NCBI GenBank assembly: GCA_907165135.1
Contig: OU015568.1
Coordinates: 1,860,001-1,924,000, forward strand
Reading direction: 5' to 3'
Length of the DNA: 64,000 bases
From: Oikopleura dioica
Lineage: Eukaryota; Animalia; Chordata
Positions 10,969-21,996 of the stretch are shown here, one piece after another (the first letter of the stretch is position 1; each line of letters begins with the position of its first letter). Both the position numbers and the translations under genes were made by a program. The notes beneath the pieces are model-generated. The model had not been told where the DNA came from. It made no database searches and was given only the letters and a program-made list of their open reading frames with translations.

Positions 10969-12323
10969 TTTTGTCCTTTTTTTGTTTTTCTCTTTTTTAG
11001 TTTCTGTTTTTTCAAGATGCAAGCAAGTTCGATGTCTTTTGAATGTTCTATACACAGTTTATGGGCCCGCGGCAAGACTCGCCCGGTGCTAGAACACTGC
11101 AACTTTTGATACCATCACTCTTGATATTTTGGCCTGACACTAACAAGAGTTGTCGTCTCTATTCGATGATTTTAAAGAGCTTTGATCGGAAAGAAAGCGC
11201 TGAGTTGGCAAAAAAGGTCAAATGGCTTTTGAGCACGCACTTGAAACATCTCTCAAAAATAACCTAGAATTTTGGAAGTTCTACTCGCCGCCAATTTGCA
11301 CAAATGCTGACAGGAGGAAAATTCAATCAGGAAACAAATTGCGCAGAATGAGATTTGTTCGTTTTCTTGTGAAAATTTTTTGAATGCGCCCTATTCATTG
11401 TATGCTTCTAGAGCCGCACGTGAACGTTTTTCGCATAAGCGGTCGAAAAGCGTTCCCAGGTGCTTATGTCTGGCCAAGTCTTGGGCAGCCAGCCAACAAA
11501 TGTCAGACAAAGCAGAGTCTTCTGATTGACGATGAATGGGGATGGATAGAATATGTCATTTTTGTGATAAAAGAGTAAAATCACCAGTTTTGTTAATGAT
11601 TATCATTAAACATCACAAGATAAAAACAAAATTGTGGTCTTTTACCAGTAAAACTACAGTAGAATATTCAGAAAGGAATAAAAGTAATATTAGAAGAAGA
11701 ATTTGTCTTTGAAATTAATATTTAACTAAGACAAATTGAAAATTCCTACGTTGCCACTTTGTCGAGTGGTTTTGGAAAGGCGAAGAGGGATTTTGGTTGA
11801 TCCCGAAGCAGCAAAAAGCTCGTTTTATCTTTCATCTCCCCAGAGGAGCCCCTGTGAGAGCAGGGCGCGCAGTTTAGTTGCTCCAATTAGACAAGGGTGA
11901 AGACAGCCGTTACATAAAGTAGAGTCTATTGGTTGGAAACCGTTCAATTTACTCGAGACATCCCGGAACACGGCTGGATTTTTGTTGATTGAGTAGCTTT
12001 TTTTAAACTTGAGAGATGACCGAAAAGAAGAAATCAGGAGAAAATTAAAAGAGAGAAAATTAAAGAATTAATAAAAAAGATCAAAGGCAAGTTTTTACTT
12101 TTGCCTGATGACCTTGTTGATTAGGCTTTCTAGAGCCAAGAGCCATTTTGGCGCAATTTCAACCACCATCTTCCGCCCATGTTTTAGTTCAAAATTCCAA
12201 AGTAAATACGTGAAACTTGCGTAAATCAATAATAACGTAATCTTCGCAAGAATCTAAATTATACTTCCTCTTGAATAAACCCCTTTCCTGTCCAGAAGAG
12301 AATAAACTTATTTATAATCAAGG

Positions 12324-14395
12324 ATGGGAACAAAGAATGAAGCAGAAGAAAGTCCAGAGATTTCTTCGAGTTCGCGAAGATGGCTGATTATCTTGATTTT
12401 TTCCTGTTATTCGCTGACGAGCGCGTTTCAATGGATTGAGTTTGCGATTTTACCAGGCATCTTTACTGAATATTACGGGTAAGAATATGAAATGATATTG
12501 AACGTTAACTTTTTAATCAGAAAAAAAACCATAAACAGGAGAAAATTTCTTTGAATTTGATTTTTAAAATCGGCAACAATACGAAAAAATCTCCTCAACG
12601 CTTGTGTCACAATATGTACGATTCCTACCTGAAACTTTTACTCATATTTCTTTCGCATTTTGTCTTTCAGAATCAGTCCCAATTACGTCACATGGACATC
12701 TACAATCTACATGGCTACGTTCATTCCTCTCGTCTTCCCCGCCACTTGGCTGGTAGACAACACAGGGCTGAAAAACATCGCTCTCGTCGGGTCCGGAATG
12801 AATGCGCTGGGAGCACTGATAAAATGCCTCGGTCTCGGGCCAGACTCATTTTGGATCTGCTTCATCGGGCAGACAATTGCTGCCTGTGCCCAGGTAGGAC
12901 GAACATCTGTATGGAACACTGCCAGACTCGATTCTAGTGCCTTATTCTCGAGCTTCCACCGAAAATTGCCTCCGTTTGGTTTCCAGCGAATCAAGTTTCT
13001 ACTGCAACATCACTTGGAGTTTTCGGAAATCAACTTGGAGTCGCACTTGGTTTCTGTATTCCTCCGCTGATCGTGAAGGGGCCCTTGAAGATATTTGAAG
13101 ATGTAATGGTTGATCCTAAAGTTGATAACTCTACTTTCTCCGGAGGCTATCCTGGTGATTGGAGTGATGAGGAAAGCTGGGGAGTTAACACGACACAGTT
13201 GGCGAAGGTCGAAGTGAAGGAGCAACTTAGGAAATGTTGAAGTAGAATAAAAAGTCTTTCTTTTTCAAATATTTATGGGGGTTATTACCTTAGATAATTT
13301 ATGAAGCTCATATGCCGATGAAAATATGTCCTGAAGACGCTTGTTATATACTTTCATGACTCATTTATCGTTTTTAGAGATTTTTACTAGAATATTCAAC
13401 ATTTTAAAAGAATTTTATATTACGGACTTGGTGCAATAACCCTCCTCCTCTTCATCCTCGTTTGCCTTACCTTTGCTGATAAGCCGAAGAAATTCGCCAA
13501 CCGTGCTTCCCTTCGTCGATCGGAATTAAAAACTGACGAGTTGGCGAAAGAAAGTGTCATGGATTCGTTTAAAATTTATGGGCAGTCTTTGGTCAGATTG
13601 ATGAAAGACAAAGCCTTTGTGTTGCTGACAGTCTCTTATGGGTTGAATGTTGGTGTTTATTACGCGATTTCGACGCTTCTCAATCAGGTTCCAAATCTTG
13701 TTGGCATGATAATAAACAAGATCTCATTTAGATCATCAAACCAACCTTCTCTCCCGAAATCTACGACGAGCAATTTCTAGCCTCTCTGGACACCCAAATT
13801 GGCTTCATGGGAACAATGATGGTCGTCGCTGGCCTTGCTGGCTCTATCCTCGGTGGCGTCATCCTCGACAAGTTCAAGAAGTTCAAATTGACGACGCTCC
13901 TCTGCTATGGCCTCACGCTAGTGTTTATGGTGCTTTTCAGTATGACCGTCTCTCAAGCGAGCATACTGTGGGACTTTTTGTTCATCAGCGTTTTGGGCTT
14001 TTTCATGACTGGATATTTGCCGATTGGGTTCGAATTCGGGGCTGAATTGACTTACCCAGAATCGGAAGGTAAATGATAGCTGTGGTATTTTGATCGAGAA
14101 TATCTTTTTAGCGACGAGTTCTGGACTTCTCAACTGCGCTGCTCAGTTCTTCGGCTTTTCCGTCACTTTCATTTGCCAATCATTGGTGAACAATGTAAGT
14201 CATTTCCTTGTTTTCATCCAAATCTGACTGTAAATTCGACAATAGGAGGAGAACGGCGGAAGAAATGCAAACCTAGCGATGATAGGCTGCCTGGTTTTGG
14301 GACTGCTTTTGACAATGATGATCAAAGAAGACTTGAAACGACAATCTGCTGAGAACAACGAAGAAACCGAAAACCTCCAGAAACTAGACTCTTGA
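12324..14395 (+). CDS. FLVCR: FLVCR1/2 (SLC49A) MFS transporter
   Basis: [56 protein letters not shown] and [20 protein letters not shown] are FLVCR-family signatures. Confidence 0.9.
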
Positions 14396-14662
14396 AATTT
14401 TAGCAAAAAATTGATCCACTGGGCTCTCAATGACAGTTGCAATCTTTAAATAAATGAATAAGTAAATAAGAAATCGAAATGGTTCTCAGGATTTTTGTCA
14501 TCACCTTGCATCATTTTTAAAAGTGCAGATACAAGCTTATAGCGGTATTTAACAATTCCAGCGCAAATACCAACGGGAGGAAGTAACTCGTGAGATTCTG
14601 AGTTCAGTTCTTATTCGAGAGTATTAAAGATACAGATCTTCAAAAAAATCTTCTAGAACCTT

Positions 14663-17600
14663 ATGCGGAATCTCGTAAGAGACTGTAATCCATCCGACCT
14701 GAAAAGAGATACAATAGAAAGATGGCTTATTGATTTTCTTCCGAAACTGAAAAGAACAACAACGAGAACGCAAAAATGTAGATTGATCTTGGCCGTAGAA
14801 AGAATGGATTTTGATAATCATGATAATGCTTTTCTCTGGCAATATTGCAAGTTTGAAAATGCTCTTTGCTATTTATTTGACGTGAAAAAAACTATATTGA
14901 TGGATAAAACGGGGACATATGATGACAAACAAAAAATAAATGGATATCATCAAATGATCGTGAATTGTTATCCATCCCTTAGGAACAAAAAAATCAATCG
15001 GTGGAAAATAAAGAAAGAAGAGGGAGATTGGCAGAACAAAAGTGATTTCGTTGAAATTTCAACAGGAGGAGAGGCGATGATTGTTGCTGAAAATTTTGAT
15101 GGTCTTGACACAGCAGTGAGAGTCCATGCATTTGATCCATTTCTGTTCACGGATGAATTCGACTGGAGAAGGATTACCTTTAAAATGCATCTCTCCAACG
15201 GTTCGAGATTTTATATTATTTGTTTCTAAGCATTAGTAGATTTTCCGTCCGCAGAAAAAAACGATAAAAGCAGGACTGCCATCTCGATTCCACGTCATCA
15301 AAATATTATACGACATTTTGCAAATATAGAACTTTTTCATGAAGCAGATGCGCAACAAGAAGATTGTGTTGGGTGGATCACAATTATGGAAAGAGCTAGT
15401 GTTAACTTGAGGTTTCTTCTGAAAGAAAACAGACTATGTATTGATGAGCGTAATAAGATTGCATCTGGATTTTTTGATGGAAAGAATTATTTGCAGAAAA
15501 TTGGAATTAATCACTATGATCTCAAATTGGACAATGTTCTTATGCTTGATGGAATTCCCCGAATAATTGATTTCGGCCTCGTATACGAGACAACTGGGAA
15601 CGAAGGATTCAGGCGAATGGGATACACCAGACGAGGGTCAAAATATCGAAACAATAACGCACTTTGTAAGTTAACCATAAAATGATTAAACTATTTTTAA
15701 TAGTCGCTGGCACTCCGGGATTCTGTTATCAGGCTCAATTGAATAATGGAAATGGTTATAATGTTACGAATATTTGGTATTATTTTTTCTGTTCTTGGTC
15801 GACAGCTTGGTTTTTATTATATTATCCGATTGATGAAAGAGGAAGACAATTCATTGATAATCATATAAAGGTTATATTATTTAAGAGAAATTAGCATTAG
15901 GTGTAAAGTTTGCACTGTAAACCAAACTTTTTCATTTGTTTTTAAGGATATAGCCGTTCTCAAGGCACTTTCGTAGCGCCAAAAGGGGACGATAAATTTT
16001 TTTCATTTCAAAAAGAACCCTACCTAAAATTGCCTGAGAAACCCGATTCTCGTGTTCTTTTTAATTTTTTAATGGAAAAATTTCTCTCTAGAGCAATTTT
16101 AAATCTTACGATCACTTTTTCTCGAGAATTTTCCATTAAATCGGCCGAGTTTTTTTGATAAATTAAAAATTTGGACCTTTATCTACATTCCTAGGGTCTA
16201 AAATTTAATAGATTCCAATTATTTATGATTCTATAGCCATTTTTATGAGGCTTACTTGAGTAAGCCGAAGCGTCAGACAGCGCTCTGGTTTGCTGCGCTG
16301 GGCGCCCTCCTCCATCGCGCGGTGAGGCGCGCATGTGAAAGAGCGCGCTGATTGGCCGAGCGCCCTGAACGCAGCATTGATGAAAAAGAAATGCCAAAAA
16401 GAAGAAGACGCTAGAATTAAAATTTGCTCGAGTTTTGAAATTTTGAGGCCCTAGGAAGATAGATTAGCAGTTATTTATAATAATACACGGTTTAGTTTTA
16501 GCAATATAATAAAAAAATTTCGAGAAAAAGTGATCGTAAGATATCAAATCGCTCCAGAGAGAAATTTTCTTAGAAAAAATTTTAAAAAAACATCAGAATC
16601 GAATTCAAGACATAATTTTAGGTAGGACCTGTCTTGAAATGAAAAAAATTTATCGCCCCATTTCGGCGCTACGAAAGTGCCTTGAGAACGGCTATATCCT
16701 TAAGGCAAACAATGGCTATTATATAAATGAGATTAGAAGAAAAAACATAGAAATTCGTCGAAGAGTCACAAAAATTATACACATCCCACTTGCGTTAACA
16801 TCACCGTGGTTTAACGACCCGTTATTGACTCGATCCGTTCAAATGTCAACCTTGAAACAAATTCTAACGAAATGCACCGGTCAAAATATGCACAATCTGA
16901 CGAAAAATATCCTCGACCAAAAAGAGAGTAAATTATGTGTTCCAATTTCTGTGACGATCCTTCTTCGATACGCGATTGAAAGGGACCTCAAGTTTGTGGA
17001 TAGTTACAATTCCTATTCACCTGAAAATATTCTATCAACACTGACGATGATAGTCTATCCACGTAGTATGGCTGGACTCAATTTGAACCCTAGAGTCGAA
17101 GAACAAAAGTCGCAATTTAATGATATCGAGACTCTACTGAAGAGACTGTGCCAAAAAACGTATTTGATGGAAAGTGGATGGGATATTGTCAGACTTCTTG
17201 GCGAACCGAATGGCGAGTATGGTATACCTCGTGAATCAGCCTGCAGGGTCGAAAAATGTTTAAAGAATAAATAAGAGATAATACTCAATTTTAATATTTT
17301 AAGTTTATCTTGGCCCATCTTTCCAATTAACGCGACCAGTTACTGTAACTGCTGCGATTATTTCGCACCCTGATCACGAATTTCGCAATGGAAAACCGCA
17401 TTATCACCAAATGACGATGGACCGAATCGAAAAAAACGAATATGTCCTTCAAAATAATCAATTATCCTATGACCTTCCAGGTTGCCGAATTCGAAACAAT
17501 TGTAAAAAGATCTCTTTCTAGTGATTCGAATACCCATGCGCAATGCGTACTTTGATGAAAAATCTTTCAAAAACGGACGAGTTCAATATGACCTCTTCAA

Positions 17601-17721
17601 GTGGTATATCTTTCCACAGGCATATACTATCACTCTCATTCCAAAAAATTCCCAATCTGTTACTGAAATCAACTGTGCTTCAACATCAGATCGAATGAAA
17701 CAATTGGCAATATCACCATAA
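14663..17721 (+). CDS. Atypical protein kinase fused to a papain-like Cys peptidase domain
   Basis: Kinase motifs STGGEA, AVR, HYDLKLDN, DFG and AGTPGF. The C-terminal part has DQKESKLC, YHQMT and YVLQN. The exons splice in frame across an intron that holds a MITE. Confidence 0.7.
15946..16699. mobile_element. Non-autonomous TIR element (MITE), TTAA target site, Kolobok-like GG..CC ends
   Basis: GGATATAGCCGTTCTCAAGGCACTTTCGTAGCGCC...GGCGCTACGAAAGTGCCTTGAGAACGGCTATATCC. Imperfect arms of ~200 bp, with TTAA at 15942-45 and 16700-03. Confidence 0.9.
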
Positions 17722-18246
17722 AATAAAATGCAACCCAAGAAAAGCTTGTCAGAAGAAAAATTGTCTGCCTTCTGAGATAATTTGAAATATATGAAACAAA
17801 TATTTTTTGATGGAAGGATTTATTAATCCTCGAAAAATTGTAAATTGAATGATAAGACAGAACTTTGAAGACTTTTTTCTTTGAAAGGATGAAGTACAAT
17901 TTACTTTGAAACTTTGAAGATTTCTTACACTTTTTCTTTGCTCTAGAAACACAGTTGAAAGGGGAGAGATCCATTAAGCCCTACCTTAGGAGTGGTTTTA
18001 TTGCTTACGCTTTGCTTTCTCGGTTTGAGAGGACTCGGCGATCCAGATTTATACCTTGGCGAAATCGGGAACAAATACCCTCCATCTTTCTGCTCCAGCC
18101 TAGAAAGAACACAATTAGATTTGACCGAACTGAGAATCCAGAACAAGAAAAAATCAAGTCTAATTTTTGGGAGATTCTCCTCTATCTATGATTTTTTTGA
18201 TGGAATAAAAAAGAAATGAATCACCAATTTTTGATTTATTTGTGTC

Positions 18247-20106
18247 TTACCGAACAGGTGTTATTTGCTTGGAAAGCCTGAATTCCGGTTAGAGAGAGAG
18301 GGGTTTTTGGGAGAAATGATAACGAACCTGGTAGGAGTCGGCAAACGGATCATATTCTGACAGTCGTGCTTGAGCAAATAATTGGCGAGCGTGTCCCACC
18401 CGCCGCCGACTCGCACCATGACGTGCTTGTCCTTCAGCATTCTGATAAACACCAGCTTGCCATCGATACGGTATCTAGATTTCGAAATCATGAAAGACTC
18501 TATTTTGCAACTTCAACTTACTTTCCCTCTGAAACTCGTTGAATTTCCGGGCCTCCGTAAAATGGCTCGCTTTGGACAACTTCATCGATACTCGTGTCTA
18601 GCTTTGTTTTCAACGCCGACTTCGGAGTTGCCGTTTTTGGTCGAGCAGTCTTTGAAGTTCTTGGGGACGGGCCGGATATGCCCGTCGTTGCTTTTGAGTT
18701 TCTTCGAGGTGTGACGCTGCTAGGTGTGGTTTTGGAGGAGCCAGGCCGACTGGGAGTGGTTGTCGGAGTTCTGATAACTGGAGGAGCTGATGCTCGACCA
18801 CAAGAAGTGACTGTATCGGAAGAGCTGACGGAAGCGTTGTCAATTTCCTAAAAACTCGAGGTTAGACTCGGGTCCAAATGATGACAAAGGGCAACTTTGA
18901 ACTTCGCAACCCGATGTTGTTTCTTTTTCTGAGATTTATTCAATTTCAAGAGAAGCAAACAACCGGAAAAACTTTTCCATGATAGTGTACACAAAATCAT
19001 GGCCCGGACGGAATATTCTGTCGCTGATCGGACAAAATAAACAGCCGGTGATAGGGTATAAAACTCACGGAAATAAGTGCACTTCACTTTTACAGTCGAA
19101 AAAAAAGGATTTTTTGAAAAAAGATGCCAAACAAGTTCGAGACCGCTTTTGCCCAGGCTGACAAGGACGGCTCTGGAACCATCGGTAAAAAAAGCTTCTT
19201 TTCTATTCTCTATTTCTTCCCTAGATCTTGCTGAGGCCCAGCAAATCGTCAAGGCTCTCGGATTCGACTACACCGAAGCTCAGGTCGAAACCTTCTTCAA
19301 GAAGTACGATGCTGACAACTCCGGCACTTTGAACAAGTCCGAAGCTGAAGCTCTCGTCCGAGAAGTTTACCCAGCTGCTTTTGAATAAATTTCTTTCTCG
19401 AATTTTCGAGAATCATAAGCATTCGAATTTAAAAAAATTTTATGAATTTTCTATAGAGTTTCAAAATCGATTATTACTAGAAAATGCTAAAAATCTTTGG
19501 TCGGCACACTGTAGCAAATAATTACCTGTTCAAATTTCACCAAATCCGGCAAAGCACCCTTGTAGTCCGCTCTCCTTCCAAAAATCCTTGCAACATCCAA
19601 AAAACAAAGCAAAACCTGCCTCGGCGTTTGCTGCGAGACTTCATTCGAGCACATGCCATCAGATTCAAACAAGAGACTTTCGCTAACTCCGAGTTTTCTG
19701 CACCAAGTCAGGAAATTTGCAGCATTGTCTCGGGCAAAGAACGTTCCTACTTTTGCCTTTTCGTTGACCTTCGGCGCGGCGAAGTCGAGATTGACTTGGG
19801 AGGAGAGTTTTCGAGCGATTTGACATGCAAGAACTCCAGTGCATAGGGCGGAAAGGAGTTCTTCTGGCGAGGTTTTTTGAGGAGCAAGGAGGAGGGATAT
19901 CCAGTCGGCGATGTCTTCCTATGATGAAAATTAGCGGTCTTTTTGACTGATATTTTTTCGAAAAAATCACCCTCGAAAGCGCAAATTTTTTTCAGAAATC
20001 AATGCTTCTATCTGAAATTTACCTTCATGGGAATAAGAGCTTCCTCCTTGAACCTCTGTATGAACGCCAGCGTATCATCTTTTCGTTGAGTTTTTACTTC
20101 GTGCAT
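18247..20106 (-). CDS. GAS2: GAS2-like protein (CH plus GAR domain)
   Basis: LIPMKEDIADW, the CH motif GTFFARDNAANFLTWCRKLG...LFESDG, and the GAR motif KYRIDGKLVFIRML..HVMVRVGGGWDTL. All introns are GT-AG. Confidence 0.9.
19124..19388 (+). CDS. Two-EF-hand Ca-binding protein, nested antisense in a GAS2 intron
   Basis: MPNKFETAFAQADKDGSGTI joins DLAEAQ...YDADNSGTLNKSE through one GT-AG intron. Both loops are canonical EF-hand loops. Confidence 0.85.
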
Positions 20107-21514
20107 ATTCTCTTTTTCATTTTTTCCTGAAACAAAAAATAAGACAATAAGATCTCTGTCCGTGTCTCACTGATCCTCGATTATCTCCTTTTAGATTAAA
20201 ATCTTTAGTTACAGTAATACTACAGTTATTCGATGATACCTTCTTTTCGTTCTATTTTCATCTATCTCTCGATTTTCGTCTCTTGAGAATAATTTATTTC
20301 AGATTAAAAAAAAGGGCAAGTTTTAATTTTGGAGCAAGAACTGCGGGAAATGGGGGCAGGTTTTTTGGAGATTATTGAAAAACAATTAAGGGGATCGAGA
20401 TCGATTGCAAGATTATCCGAGGAGAAGCGGGCATTCGTGTCCAGAGGCGAAATGACACGATATGTTTTCGCATGCTCCGGCGTATGTCACGCAAAATTTT
20501 GATATATATAATTATTTTCTGATGATTTCTTCATTCCAAAATGCGAAATTTATTGAATTTTTTGATGGAAAGGTCAAAAAACAGACTTCGAAGGATCTTT
20601 TCTTGCATCTTAGCTTTATGTTGACAATATAAGGGTATCAATATGCTAGTTTTGTAAGAAAGTCTCTATTTTTATTAAATTATAATAGGAAAAATCGATA
20701 GCAGAAGTTAAAAAACGCGCGCGTGCTCGTTATAAATCCTCATAAAACTTCAAGTTCAAATGATTCTCGATCTCTGTTTATTTTACCTTCAAAAGCTGAC
20801 TTTTTCTCTGTCTTTCTATTTTCACTTTTCAGAAGCCCTCGATTTCTCAAGAACACCAGTTGCCCCTTGAAATCGTCTAAGTGTCTATTTTATCTGTTTA
20901 TCTTTAGGATAAGGCCACAAATAATCAAAAAAAGTCAGTGAGTTAAACTCAAAGCATCTCAGAGTTTTTTTCGTTGACCTTTTGTTTATTGTATATTCTC
21001 TTTTCTTCTCACCCAAAAATGGAGAACAATGTTTTACCAATTATTTGGACAAATAGTCATCAAAAAGCACGAATTTCCTCGAAAAATTAGCAGCTGCCAA
21101 ATACAAACACACTCACTTTTTACTACTCTTCTCATCATTTTCTATTCTCTTTGAAAATTGAGATGTGATTACTGTCAGTGCTCTGACAATTAAAACCACT
21201 GGGGAAGTGAAAGATACTGTTAAAACAAAAGAAGGTGTGGGGAAACAGAACGGTTTGAAAAATGCGATTAAATAATCAACGCAAATAAATCTAATAGCTG
21301 AAATTTACCGATAGAATTGAGGAAAAGGGATCATAAGCATGATTTCTTGTTATTATTTTCTTTAAAAAATATCGATGTTGACACCCTTAACCCTTTTTTC
21401 GATCGAACCAACATTCTTTGCATTGATGATTGTATCAAATCTCGTCTTCCTTGATTTCAGAAGGCTCCAAGCTCACCTCGTTCTCATGTCCTTTCTTCAG
21501 CGTCACTCATTTCT

Positions 21515-21850
21515 TCAAATGCCTAAAAATCTTCGATCGCTGTCCGTCTTATTTCTCCTCTTCTCCGCCTCGTTCTGTTTCTTTCTCTCTTTACTCTGAC
21601 CCTTCTCTTGCCATTTGTCAAGACCTATCTGTCTCCATCCATCTGTCGGATTAAAGAAGAATTTAAATTACAAATATGCGTATTTAAAAGCGTATGAGCA
21701 TTGCTCAAAACAGAAGACTCACCAAAACGACGATTACAAGGCCAACTCCCTAAGGGCGCATCGATCTCTTTTACAAATGATGGATGACGGAGGACAAGTA
21801 TGCTCTTGACCTTGCAAATACAAAGGTGCGTAACGAGTCTTTTTCTTATA
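21515..21850 (-). CDS. Possible small basic protein (tentative)
   Basis: GT-AG intron 21643-21722 joins two open frames ending ...RRFLGI*. No homology recognised and the start is unclear. Confidence 0.25.
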
Positions 21851-21996
21851 AAATATTGTATTTCATTGAAAATTATTGCAAAGTTCATTCAAGTTTCTTT
21901 TCGACCTCAGTTGCAAGTAACGATGTGCAAATGTGAGCTCGAACATGTCTCATAAAAACCACGGTCTACTCTCTTGCAAAATCAGTTTATTTCAAC

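Noticed and set aside
16639-16704. N-terminus MKKIYRPISALRKCLENGYILK of ORF 16639
   Set aside because: Encoded by the MITE's right TIR. The real exon likely starts at 16705.
17955-18219. Short + strand ORFs with a hydrophobic stretch
   Set aside because: No ATG or clean upstream exon could be assigned.
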